Below are positions 30,076-38,942 of a DNA stretch of 41,581 nt, piece after piece. The stretch's first letter is position 1; each line of letters opens with the position of its first letter. This stretch comes from a virus (lineage: Duplodnaviria > Caudoviricetes), in IMG/VR virus record IMGVR_UViG_3300025803_000022, positions 1 to 41,581 of that record, one strand, 5' to 3'. The notes under the pieces are model-generated. The model saw only the letters and a program-made list of their open reading frames with translations. It had not been told where the DNA came from and did no database searches. The position numbers and the translations under genes are program-made.

Positions 30076-30311
30076 TAGAAATTCAAATCAAACTCAAGTA
30101 AACACGGGAGACCATCGATCGCCTTCCAGAGAGACTGACCCCCATCGACACCGATGTAGATTAAGTACCTACTGCGACCATACCTATGCAGATGCTCCTC
30201 GTCTAAGACGATCGTCGATACACTCCCATCACCTACGCGCATACCTAGGTAATATGCCATCGCGTCCTTTGGGTTCGGACCGATTATGATTTTTCTGATT
30301 ATTCCATTCAT
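30075..30311 (-). CDS. Conserved small phage protein
   Basis: Start ATG 30311 (TGATG); IRKIIIG.NPKDAMAY..G...YLIYI...LWK...P..LEFDLNF. Confidence 0.7.
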   Translation of the reverse strand: MNGIIRKIIIGPNPKDAMAYYLGMRVGDGSVSTIVLDEEHLHRYGRSRYLIYIGVDGGQSLWKAIDGLPCLLEFDLNF

Positions 30312-30649
30312 CAATTGCAAGATGGGTCAAACCCGTCTTGCTCGTTAAGACCATCTATGATCTCTTTGTACCAGTTTTCACTATCGAATTCAACATCCTC
30401 CTCTGCAGGGAAGACATACGAGAACCGCAAAAAATCGAACACCTCATCCAAAACATCCTCGCTCTCTACATCTAGAGAGAACACCGCTTTCAAAACTGGG
30501 TCATCAAATTCATCTGTAGACAACATGCCAGTGAGCATCACGTTGATCACCTGCCCTTGCAGGTCATACTTATTCACCAGCATATCCACTATCTTGTGAA
30601 CCTTCTGCATCTCCACTAGAAACAACTCCTTTCGCGTCAGATCGTCCAT
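30311..30649 (-). CDS. Acidic hypothetical protein
   Basis: Likely start ATG 30649 (MDDLTRKELF...); the longer track start lies antisense to the winged-helix gene. Confidence 0.6.
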   Translation of the reverse strand: MDDLTRKELFLVEMQKVHKIVDMLVNKYDLQGQVINVMLTGMLSTDEFDDPVLKAVFSLDVESEDVLDEVFDFLRFSYVFPAEEDVEFDSENWYKEIIDGLNEQDGFDPSCN

Positions 30650-31070
30650 GCCAGCTTCCAAAAAAAAGATATTTCGAGAGCATTCTCGATTACAACAAAG
30701 ATACGTAAACAAGAACCACCTCAAGAACCTGAGGTCCAGTCTGTTACGCTTCCAGGACAAGTACGATCTATTTCAAAAAGAGATGTACTTTTTACTGTGG
30801 GCATACGACCTGGAGTTCTGGACTCTCAAGTACGCTCAGGAAGAGTATGGGTACAGCAAAAAGAAATTGGAGGACACCATCGTATACCCCCTGCAGAGAG
30901 AAGGGTACATACACAAAGTGTTTGATAAGCTTACCCCCTCCGATGTCAGGGAGGATCACCTCTTCAGAGAAGAGACCAAGTACAACTACAGGGTGCGATA
31001 CGCCTTAACGCAAAAGGCTAGGCTTATGGTGCAGCGGTTCTACAACGAGCTTAGCCCAAAGACAACTTGA
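30648..31070 (+). CDS. Winged helix-turn-helix (MarR-like) DNA-binding protein
   Basis: EMYFLLWAY...PLQREGYI.K...RYALTQKARLMVQRFY; the only convincing plus-strand CDS, and it fills a gap in minus-strand coding. Confidence 0.65.
   Translation: MPASKKKIFREHSRLQQRYVNKNHLKNLRSSLLRFQDKYDLFQKEMYFLLWAYDLEFWTLKYAQEEYGYSKKKLEDTIVYPLQREGYIHKVFDKLTPSDVREDHLFREETKYNYRVRYALTQKARLMVQRFYNELSPKTT
30696..30703 (-). promoter_or_regulatory. Possible -7 promoter box for the terminase operon
   Basis: TATCTTTG inside the plus-strand winged-helix gene, 46 nt before ATG 30649. Confidence 0.45.
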
Positions 31071-31626
31071 CGTCTTTCATATAATAAGACTCTCCAGCTA
31101 TAGGGAAGTTGAAAAACCGATCCCACTCGTACAGGTAGAAGAATGAACTAAACATACCTATCGTCTCCCCGCTTACGTCAATGGTGGTCCAAGTTTGGTC
31201 CTGCAGCGTAGTTTGGAATTTATCCTGCTCTGTAGTCCCAAAGGAAGTAGTGAATGTAATCTGAGTTCTACTGGAGTCAAGAATGCAGTACAACTTGGCT
31301 TGCACCCTCCACTTGGTATAGTCTGCAAAGTTGATGAAGGTGCTGCCGCCGTCAGGCACCAAAGCACTACTAGGGGCCCGCCACTGACACGTATCTGTCT
31401 GGGTTGCGTTTACCACGAGCTTAGCGTAGTCCGTCTCGCCATCCAAAGCAGCCGTTTCAAAACTTAGCGAAGGTTGAGTTGTCGACCAAGAATTCGGTCG
31501 GAAGCCTAAAGTAGCACTTATGAGATTAGCGTCGTTTTCCCACGTCCTGAACGTCGTGTATGGACTTACTACTTCTGGAACCGCTCCTCCACGATCCAAA
31601 CTCGCACCAAGGCCGAGGCTTGGCAT
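31051..31626 (-). CDS. Putative virion accessory protein with carbohydrate-binding-like beta domain
   Basis: N-terminal MPSLGLGASL motif; aromatic/Thr-rich domain ending YYMKDVKL. Confidence 0.45.
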   Translation of the reverse strand: MPSLGLGASLDRGGAVPEVVSPYTTFRTWENDANLISATLGFRPNSWSTTQPSLSFETAALDGETDYAKLVVNATQTDTCQWRAPSSALVPDGGSTFINFADYTKWRVQAKLYCILDSSRTQITFTTSFGTTEQDKFQTTLQDQTWTTIDVSGETIGMFSSFFYLYEWDRFFNFPIAGESYYMKDVKLSLG

Positions 31627-31790
31627 TACTGCTTCTTAATACGGTCTGACACAATCATATTTATGAGGGTGTCAAACCATCCAAATACTTGATTGTCAGT
31701 CTCCGTCGGGGTGATGTTGACCACGACCTTAATAAAAGCCATAGCTCCGAGAAGCAGCGCACCCCAGTTTTCGATGATAAAATCTAACAT
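31626..31790 (-). CDS. Putative holin
   Basis: Start ATG 31790; hydrophobic WGALLLGAMAFIKVVV, TPTETDN motif, basic C-terminus; adjacent to the putative lysin. Confidence 0.55.
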   Translation of the reverse strand: MLDFIIENWGALLLGAMAFIKVVVNITPTETDNQVFGWFDTLINMIVSDRIKKQ

Positions 31791-31794
31791 GGCA

Positions 31795-31802
31795 CAAATA
31801 TA
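31795..31802 (-). promoter_or_regulatory. Bacteroidota-type -7 promoter box
   Basis: TATATTTG, 4 nt before ATG 31790. Confidence 0.7.
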
Positions 31803-31810
31803 AAGAATAA

Positions 31811-32305
31811 TCAATAAGCTGTGTCAAAGTCAGTGTACTTGATCGTCACCTCTTCCTTTCTCTCCAGAGCAGCAAGTATGTAAGGGTATACGCGGAAATA
31901 AGCGCGAGTGCTGTGGCCAACAAAACCATTCTTTTTTATTTGATTATTCTCTTGTGTATCGCCCAGCAACAGACATCCAGCAGTATCCTCATCAGTGTTG
32001 CCGCAATGAATGAGAATATACTCAAAGCCAGGTACATCACGAACCCACAGCATTCCTTTGTGAACAGTAGGAAATCGACTAGCATATTTCTTGTGGAGGC
32101 CACCAACCCTCCGAAGAGAAATTGAGTATTCCCCAGCTGGGATGCGGGTTTCGCCTTTGACCTTTTCATCACGATGCTCGTCTTCCAGAGTGTAGCACAG
32201 GAAAGTCCTGGTGCCGTTTGATATGTCGAACAATGCTCCGTTGGTCGAGTCCACTTCCGAACTGAACCTTACTACCTCCAGCTGCATCTTTTTTAAGTCG
32301 CTCAT
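31811..32305 (-). CDS. DUF5675-like putative peptidoglycan peptidase/endolysin
   Basis: TLED..R..KVKGETRIPAGEY, DVPGFEYILIHCGN...DTAGCLLLG (His/Cys pair as in YkuD-like folds). Confidence 0.7.
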   Translation of the reverse strand: MSDLKKMQLEVVRFSSEVDSTNGALFDISNGTRTFLCYTLEDEHRDEKVKGETRIPAGEYSISLRRVGGLHKKYASRFPTVHKGMLWVRDVPGFEYILIHCGNTDEDTAGCLLLGDTQENNQIKKNGFVGHSTRAYFRVYPYILAALERKEEVTIKYTDFDTAY

Positions 32306-32344
32306 ATCTCTTCAGTCTAGGATTGTGATAAAACTTATTGGGCA

Positions 32345-32620
32345 TCAACAGTTAGGGTTTCGACAAGACAATGACGTTTTCCTCCCCTTCGCTTTATTCC
32401 TCTTCTGGCTTACGCTCTGTTTTACCCTACGCATAAGAGAATTTCGATTTACAACCTTAGGGCGGGGAGCCTCCTCTTCTTCCTCTTCTTCTTCCTCCTC
32501 CTCCATTTCCCCCTCCATCTGCGAGGAGGGTAAGAACCTAGGGTTTGATGGTGCTACGTTTCTACGCTGTTTCTTTATTCTGCGAAACACACCGCCATCG
32601 TCATACTTGCGTACTTTCAT
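32345..32620 (-). CDS. Small charged protein with YxxGG leader and poly-Glu run
   Basis: MKVRKYDDGG; 11-Glu run flanked by basic segments; TGATG-coupled. Confidence 0.6.
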   Translation of the reverse strand: MKVRKYDDGGVFRRIKKQRRNVAPSNPRFLPSSQMEGEMEEEEEEEEEEEAPRPKVVNRNSLMRRVKQSVSQKRNKAKGRKTSLSCRNPNC

Positions 32621-33237
32621 CAGTCTGGCCCCAATCCCAACATCATACCAAGACGCTGCAGAGCATTGAGGTCAACATCATAGGTCTGACCAGACGCTCC
32701 GATCGGACGCTGCACTGTCTTAGGCGTCTTGCTGTACTGTGAGATCCCATACCCCAACAGTCCAGCCAGGGCCTGACGAGCCAGCATACGAGCAGACTCA
32801 TTCATGAAACCCTTGTTCACCATCCGCTCGCGCTCAAAGCGATCATTGCCCAGACCCTCCAACAAGAAATCTACCTCCTGCGGCTCTGCGGGGAACATGC
32901 CTGTTTGGCGCCCTTCACGGTTTGCAGCGCGGCGCTCCTGGCGGGCCATCTTACGAAGCTCTGCTTCAATACCCTTCTGAGCAAAGAAATTGTCGGTAGT
33001 CTGAGGATCCCTCCCCATAGCCATGCGTCGGGGATCACCCCCCATCATACCTCCGTCAGCGTAGTACATTCCGCCACCACCGTAACGAAGAGGAGACTCC
33101 ACGTCGCGGCCCTCCCTGTCCGAACGCCTGGCTTCTCTCCGAGAGTCTTTCATAAAACGACGCTGAGCCCTTCTAGTCTCTCGCTGCTGTTTGCGAAGTT
33201 GACGACGTGGACCCCCGTCAGAGTAAGTAATATTCAT
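32620..33237 (-). CDS. Arg-rich hypothetical protein with several YxxGG motifs
   Basis: Likely start ATG 33237 (ATGA overlap): MNITYSDGG...LRYGGGGMYYADGGMMGG. Confidence 0.6.
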   Translation of the reverse strand: MNITYSDGGPRRQLRKQQRETRRAQRRFMKDSRREARRSDREGRDVESPLRYGGGGMYYADGGMMGGDPRRMAMGRDPQTTDNFFAQKGIEAELRKMARQERRAANREGRQTGMFPAEPQEVDFLLEGLGNDRFERERMVNKGFMNESARMLARQALAGLLGYGISQYSKTPKTVQRPIGASGQTYDVDLNALQRLGMMLGLGPD

Positions 33238-33686
33238 GTCAGTGCTGCAAATACCTCGACCTGGCAAGACGCTGTGTTTGCCTGTGCTAGGATGTTATCT
33301 ATGTCTGTGAGATTACCAGCCGCTGCACTTGCATCGCCAGCAGCATTGGCGTCGAGTTTACTGTTAAACAAGACGTAGCTCTCGCCTGCGTCAAGCTTTA
33401 CCATGTATTCCTCTGTGCTATCATTCTGGATTGTGATCGCCACATAGTTCGTAGCATCCAGGTTAGTGATGCGGAAGTATGCTACGTTCGTAGTCAAAAG
33501 CGTCCCTCCAGCTGCGTTTGCTGCCGTAGCGTCCATCTGAAGGATCGTCTGAGAAGCGGCTGTGCCAATGTCCATGATCCGATGGAATGTCTCTGTGATG
33601 TTTGCCACATCAATAGAAACTTCACTCCCGCGTTCCCTGCCATTCAGCTCAAGCTCCTCGTATAGTTTTACCGTTAGGACTGCCAT
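33234..33686 (-). CDS. Small beta-rich putative structural protein (paralogue family)
   Basis: 150 aa; YFRITNL...VKLDAGESYVLF. Confidence 0.65.
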   Translation of the reverse strand: MAVLTVKLYEELELNGRERGSEVSIDVANITETFHRIMDIGTAASQTILQMDATAANAAGGTLLTTNVAYFRITNLDATNYVAITIQNDSTEEYMVKLDAGESYVLFNSKLDANAAGDASAAAGNLTDIDNILAQANTASCQVEVFAALT

Positions 33687-33690
33687 TGTA

Positions 33691-33698
33691 CAAATATA
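33691..33698 (-). promoter_or_regulatory. Bacteroidota-type -7 promoter box
   Basis: TATATTTG, 4 nt before ATG 33686. Confidence 0.7.
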
Positions 33699-33704
33699 AC
33701 CATA

Positions 33705-33779
33705 TTAATCTTCTACCTTAGACAGGGTGTACGCAGTAAGCAGTGCCATACCAACCAGAATTGCTATTACTAAAGTCAT
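33705..33779 (-). CDS. 24-aa single-pass membrane micro-protein
   Basis: MTLVIAILVGMALLTAYTLSKVED; ATGA-coupled to the upstream stop and fills the gap up to the next promoter. Confidence 0.55.
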   Translation of the reverse strand: MTLVIAILVGMALLTAYTLSKVED

Positions 33780-34744
33780 GACTCAATCTCGTATTTGTCT
33801 CGATACTTTTGAATCTCCTCTTCACCAAGGTCTCTGACCCTCCACTGTTTTCTTTTGTCGTCCCACTCTTTAATGGCGTAAGGGACCTGGCCTGTCCTAG
33901 TGCTCCCCCTAGCTCCAGTATTTGCGGCCTTGAATAAATATTCTGGCTGCCTGCCAGTGGGCGCCTTGACCACTCTAACCTTACGTTCAGGAGTCGGGGC
34001 TGGTTTGGGGGCAGGATCTGGCTCAGGTTCGGGTTCGGGTTTCGGAGGAGGATCCCGCTTTACAACTTTAAATTTCTCTTTCTTCTTTTCCTCCCAGGGT
34101 TCGGGACCATACTTTTCCCTACGCTGCTTCTTTTCTTCTTCCGTGAGGAGGTCATAGGGTTTTACAGCTAGAGGATCGTAGTAAGGGAATTCTATAATAT
34201 CATATTGATCAGTGGTCTCTTTCTCCCATGAAGGCATAATTTCTCGATGCACCATGGGGTCTACAACAGGGGCTATGTCGGATTCTCCAGTAATTAATCC
34301 TTGCGGTTGAATCCCAGTGTCATAATACCCAAGGCCAAGTCTAGGATTTATAACTCCAGTAGTCATCTCCCTTACTCTCGTTACGTCTCCCTCAGTCGTA
34401 TTGTTGAATATCCCATAATAGTCATCTATTGTTGGTATCCTACCAGAAGCTTTATAGGCTGCATCAAAATTAACAAGAGCATCTTCGTACTCTTTTTTTT
34501 CCGCATCCGAATAGTTGCCTCTAGCCCTTCTTAGATGTTGTGCCATCTTGTAGAGTGTCCCAGGATCTGTATTTGCAGACGTTGTGTACTCCCACATATT
34601 TAGGACGGTGTTCAGATGTTCAGCCGCATAATATGCATCTAGACTATCTTGCCTAGTAGCTACAGACGTAGGGAAGGCATCCTCAGCACCTTCTGGTGGC
34701 CAGTTTCCATGCCTGCCTCCGTGTTCATATTTCTTTAGTCTCAT
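33776..34744 (-). CDS. Hypothetical protein with YxxGG leader and Pro/Glu linker
   Basis: Likely start ATG 34744 (MRLKKYEHGG, ATGA overlap); PKPEPEPEPDPAPKPAP linker. Confidence 0.65.
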   Translation of the reverse strand: MRLKKYEHGGRHGNWPPEGAEDAFPTSVATRQDSLDAYYAAEHLNTVLNMWEYTTSANTDPGTLYKMAQHLRRARGNYSDAEKKEYEDALVNFDAAYKASGRIPTIDDYYGIFNNTTEGDVTRVREMTTGVINPRLGLGYYDTGIQPQGLITGESDIAPVVDPMVHREIMPSWEKETTDQYDIIEFPYYDPLAVKPYDLLTEEEKKQRREKYGPEPWEEKKKEKFKVVKRDPPPKPEPEPEPDPAPKPAPTPERKVRVVKAPTGRQPEYLFKAANTGARGSTRTGQVPYAIKEWDDKRKQWRVRDLGEEEIQKYRDKYEIES

Positions 34745-34878
34745 CCTGAACAGCTTTCGCAATCCTCTGGGGAGTCCAGGTTGCAGGTGATCTCCCCACT
34801 CTTCAGCTTCTCTGCCGTCTCCTGGAGCTTCTTCTTGTCTAGGAATGTTGGGGCATCCCACTCTTCTTCTCTGTTCAT
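34741..34878 (-). CDS. 45-aa protein with C-terminal C-x7-CxxC motif
   Basis: MNREEEWDAPTFLDKKKLQETAEKLKSGEITCNLDSPEDCESCSG; ATGA overlaps at both ends. Confidence 0.75.
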   Translation of the reverse strand: MNREEEWDAPTFLDKKKLQETAEKLKSGEITCNLDSPEDCESCSG

Positions 34879-37800
34879 CGCTTGATTACTTTCATAGGTT
34901 TGCGCTTCTTTACTCTCACCCTACCACCATACTTATAGCCTCGTACTTCGCCTTCCCCCCGCTGCATGGACTTAGGTACCTTGAGCTCGAACCATTCATT
35001 TCCGTGCTGGTCAGTGACTGGCTTTAGATTGTAACCCATCTTTTTAGCAATCTTAGGTAGGCGATCATAACTGTTCATGACCGTCTTCAGATCGTCCCGT
35101 ATACCCTCACCATTTAGAATAGCTCGCAACTGGTCCTCCTGTGACTGAAGGTGCGTCTGTTGCGATCCGATATCACCATGGGAAATAGCGCCTCTTTTCA
35201 AAGAATACCCTAAGTTTTCAATTCCGGTTCGGAAACTAATTAAACCTCGAATACTAGCTGCGTTATCACCAATGGCCCCACCCAACTTATTCAGCTCTAC
35301 TGCTTTTTGAGCTAGGAAATCCTGGAGTTCGGACTCGGTAACCATATAACCAAGTTCTTGGATCATTGCTCCTGCCCGTTGCGGACCGCCAGGAGTCTGC
35401 GCAATAGGCATAAAAATCAATTTCTGCGACTCACCGTAACCACCCCCAAACCCAGAATTCCATCCCAGGCTCCTATGACTACCCTCACCGAACGTCAGTT
35501 CCGTCAGCTGCTTTGCCTTTTGATTCTTGGCAATCTGACTCGCCGAGTTCGAGGGCATGATACCATAGTTTTCGATGTAGTGGTAAACCAAGTCTCCCAC
35601 AGAGAAGTTGAGCTCGTCGCCAAACTTCCAAGGATTGAAATGCCCCTTATAGGCCAAGTGGCTAGAGAACTCATCTATCACTTTTTTCTGGAATAGCAGC
35701 CCACCAGGATCATTAGCATCTATGTACAGCTTATACGCTGGGTGCTCAAGGAAGTCGCCATTTAGATATGCTTCTGCCTCAAGCCTAGGGATTTGTGGGA
35801 TTCCAGTAAAATCATGAGGGTTCGAATTCGCAAAGCTCTCCACACGATCGATTAGGGTATCGATTATTAGGTCCATGTCTGAAGAGCCCTTGAACCGCTC
35901 ATACTTGCCAAGCATATCCTGGCCAGTTCCAGGGTATTTAGGATCCACAGCATAGATTTGCATTACGTAATTGACATTACTGTGCAATCGGCCTGGCTCC
36001 CTAGGTAAGGTGCTCGCTACGTATTCGGCTGCTTCTCTAAACTCTTGAGCACGGAGATCCGCAATGTTGGTTCTGACACGACCCTGTTGGAATGCATTTA
36101 CAAACGTCATGAAGTTGTACAAGTGTACATCCTTCTGCATTTGAGGAGACACCTTGCCTTCATAAATGGCTGACTCAGTATTGCCAGGATAATACACCAC
36201 CCGATCCAGAACTGGGTCGGCCATTGTAGCGCCATCGGGAGTGCGTTGTGTGTAGCCTTCGATATCTGTAAATCGTGGTTTTCCAGAGTCACCCACGATC
36301 TTAGTTCCAAAAAGAAGCTCCTGAGTGACTGGGCCTAGAGCATCAATTTGATCTCCAAAGTAAGTCGTAGATCCATCTTGAAACACAGACTTAAAACCTT
36401 CAATACCCCCCTCCGGATTGTCGATTAGGTTATTGGCTCTTGTGACGTCCCCTCTTAGGTGCTCGATGGATTCTCTGGTTCTCTGGATCTCCTGCTCGAA
36501 CCTTACGGGGCTTCTAAAGAAACCCTGTATGATTCCTGTCGTTTGTCCTGTCGGGAATCTAATTGCCTTATACTGACTATTCTGTTGAATGATCTGGCTA
36601 AGTAGAAACTCGTCCTGGTTCTTAACGAAGTGACTCTGGATTTTTTCATCCTGGGCAGGGTACTCACTACCAATTTCCATATCACGATATGTCCCGTCGT
36701 GAAAGACCATGGCCATCTCCGCGTCATAACCCTGCTGCCTCTCTAGTAGATCCTTCAAGACCTCCAGGCTCTGATCATATGAAGATTGGATGTAGGCGTT
36801 TGTAAAAGTGCCAGGTGGATTGACATCATTTTTTTGCAACGCCTCTATAATGTCTTCGATGGCTATCTCCATATCAATAGCTATGTTACTGAGGTCAGGA
36901 CTAGTAGAATCGAGCCACTCAAGCTCAAGGCCTGGGTGACCATCCTGCCACACTTTTATTGCTTCTTGGTAGAACCTGCGAGCTATCCCCTTGCTGTTCT
37001 TATTTAGATCCCGATATGTTCTGTACAGGTCTCTGACTTGCCCCTGCAAACCCATCCAGTAATTGACGTCGTACAAGAACTCGTTCTCTGGGGTAATCAC
37101 ACCATCACCCAGTACGTCCTTTATCTGCTCCATGACATCATCGTATCCACTCGGTGCTGTGGCCTCGATATCAAATTCTACAGGCATATTAAAGAAGAGC
37201 TCGTGCGGGTTGCGGGCTTCAGGTAGATTACGGAATGCATAGCGTCGGGCACTATCATAGGCGTCATCTGGGAACTGATACGTATACCGCATAACTCCGT
37301 TTTCATCTGGAGCCTGTCGCATAATATCCTGAGGGAAGTCTTTGACGTAGTCATAAGAATCTTTGAGGAACCTGCCGCTTTGAGCGACATCTGACTGCAT
37401 CTCTGAGATGTACAGGGTTCTTGTATCAGCCAAGTTGCCACCTCGTACAAACCCTCGGTAGTGAGCGACAATGTCTGGTGAAATTTCTCTCCAATGTCCA
37501 GAGCTTGCACCAATGTAGCTCTTGCCTATTTCACTTTCCCGATTGGCGACTATCAATTTAGTTCCAATACTCTGAATTTCGTTTTTGGGACCTCGAAGAT
37601 TTCCTGTGCCGTAGTCAGTATAACTGTCTGTTTCATCAAGAGAGAAGCGCTCCTGCAAATTTGCTGCGGCGAAGTTGCGCAGGTCGCGGAGGTTGTAAAA
37701 CTCCTTACCCTTTTTGCCAGGTACCGTACCTAGCTCCATCATGGCTTGTTCCAATACAGCTTTGTCAAACGTACTCAACCCCCCTTTCTCCAGGAACTGG

Positions 37801-38942
37801 GCGAGCTGGTCCTTCGGAATCATCCCCTGTTTATTCGCACGCTTCTCCAAATCGCCCCCAATCATCAAAGCAGGAATCTGCTGAACAGGTTGAGTTGTGT
37901 TTCCGTAAACATCAGCATGCTGACGATGCTGTATTTTGCCTAGCTCATTGATAAATGCAGTCGCGCGATGCTCATCTCCAGATGGAGCAAGAGCCTGATA
38001 ATCTGCTTCGGTCATGTCCCGAAGCACTTTGTACGGCATCTTACTGGCCGCTTCGCGTGCCATTTCTTGGCCCTGATTTTGGTTACGCCTGAAGCTTATG
38101 TTTTGCCCCTCGATGCGGGCCATCTCTGGAGATCCTGGCAAACCCCTTCGCCCCAGGACAGCCTCCTCTCCAGTAAGGATTTCGGCTTCTACCGCTGCCT
38201 CTTCCGCTGCAGAGAACATACCAGAGGAGGACGGTCGGCGTCCCAGCATATCCATTCTGCGAGCCCCTTCAGGTGTCAAGCCAGAAGCGAATCTTTCCAT
38301 CTCACTTGCCATACGTCCAGGCTGGTCTACGATATCGGACGTTCGGGCCGTGTACTTAGGGTCCTTCCCCATCATACGACGGAAGAAGTTGCGTACATCT
38401 TCAGCCCCCTCACGCAGCACCCCGCCAACAGCAGGACCACTCGGCATCTTACGCATTGCTGCACTCGAAGCTGCTGCCACTATACTGGGTAGATCGTCGG
38501 CATCCACCCCATCAGCCAGCATGCGATTGATCAGTGCTGGGGTCCCAAAAGGAGTGAAGTACAAGGGAAGCTCGATAGCCTCATACCCTCTGTTCTGTGC
38601 GTCGACTACCCCCTGGGTCATATCCAGGTAGTCAGTCACACCTTGGCTCCCCAGGTTGCGATACACTGCAGCCAAATCCCCTTCTGTCCTGGCGATACGC
38701 TCAGGCAGCATAGCGTTGACGTAAGTTGGATCTGACCTGTCTGTGATGACCTCAGCTGCAGGGAGGTTGACCTGAGTTACTGGTAGATTGTACGGATCAG
38801 AAGTCGGGATCATTGTTTGACCCTGATACCTATCTAAGTAATCAAGTAGCTCTGTAACATTCGTTGGGCGACCACCGTCGTTGTACTTAGGGATTCGCTT
38901 CTTTTTTATTTGCGTCCCCTTTCGCCTACTCTTACTCAGCAT
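34875..38942 (-). CDS. Large polyvalent-type protein, putative virion-delivered cargo
   Basis: 1355 aa; IVAHYR...TLYISEMQSD..Q, IRFPTG, YDRLPKIAKKMG...WFEL motif series; basic YxxGG segments at both termini. Confidence 0.55.
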   Translation of the reverse strand: MLSKSRRKGTQIKKKRIPKYNDGGRPTNVTELLDYLDRYQGQTMIPTSDPYNLPVTQVNLPAAEVITDRSDPTYVNAMLPERIARTEGDLAAVYRNLGSQGVTDYLDMTQGVVDAQNRGYEAIELPLYFTPFGTPALINRMLADGVDADDLPSIVAAASSAAMRKMPSGPAVGGVLREGAEDVRNFFRRMMGKDPKYTARTSDIVDQPGRMASEMERFASGLTPEGARRMDMLGRRPSSSGMFSAAEEAAVEAEILTGEEAVLGRRGLPGSPEMARIEGQNISFRRNQNQGQEMAREAASKMPYKVLRDMTEADYQALAPSGDEHRATAFINELGKIQHRQHADVYGNTTQPVQQIPALMIGGDLEKRANKQGMIPKDQLAQFLEKGGLSTFDKAVLEQAMMELGTVPGKKGKEFYNLRDLRNFAAANLQERFSLDETDSYTDYGTGNLRGPKNEIQSIGTKLIVANRESEIGKSYIGASSGHWREISPDIVAHYRGFVRGGNLADTRTLYISEMQSDVAQSGRFLKDSYDYVKDFPQDIMRQAPDENGVMRYTYQFPDDAYDSARRYAFRNLPEARNPHELFFNMPVEFDIEATAPSGYDDVMEQIKDVLGDGVITPENEFLYDVNYWMGLQGQVRDLYRTYRDLNKNSKGIARRFYQEAIKVWQDGHPGLELEWLDSTSPDLSNIAIDMEIAIEDIIEALQKNDVNPPGTFTNAYIQSSYDQSLEVLKDLLERQQGYDAEMAMVFHDGTYRDMEIGSEYPAQDEKIQSHFVKNQDEFLLSQIIQQNSQYKAIRFPTGQTTGIIQGFFRSPVRFEQEIQRTRESIEHLRGDVTRANNLIDNPEGGIEGFKSVFQDGSTTYFGDQIDALGPVTQELLFGTKIVGDSGKPRFTDIEGYTQRTPDGATMADPVLDRVVYYPGNTESAIYEGKVSPQMQKDVHLYNFMTFVNAFQQGRVRTNIADLRAQEFREAAEYVASTLPREPGRLHSNVNYVMQIYAVDPKYPGTGQDMLGKYERFKGSSDMDLIIDTLIDRVESFANSNPHDFTGIPQIPRLEAEAYLNGDFLEHPAYKLYIDANDPGGLLFQKKVIDEFSSHLAYKGHFNPWKFGDELNFSVGDLVYHYIENYGIMPSNSASQIAKNQKAKQLTELTFGEGSHRSLGWNSGFGGGYGESQKLIFMPIAQTPGGPQRAGAMIQELGYMVTESELQDFLAQKAVELNKLGGAIGDNAASIRGLISFRTGIENLGYSLKRGAISHGDIGSQQTHLQSQEDQLRAILNGEGIRDDLKTVMNSYDRLPKIAKKMGYNLKPVTDQHGNEWFELKVPKSMQRGEGEVRGYKYGGRVRVKKRKPMKVIKR

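Noticed and set aside
34745-34861. N-terminal extension of the 361-aa track ORF
   Set aside because: Better explained by the 45-aa ORF 34741-34878, with the downstream gene starting at ATG 34744.
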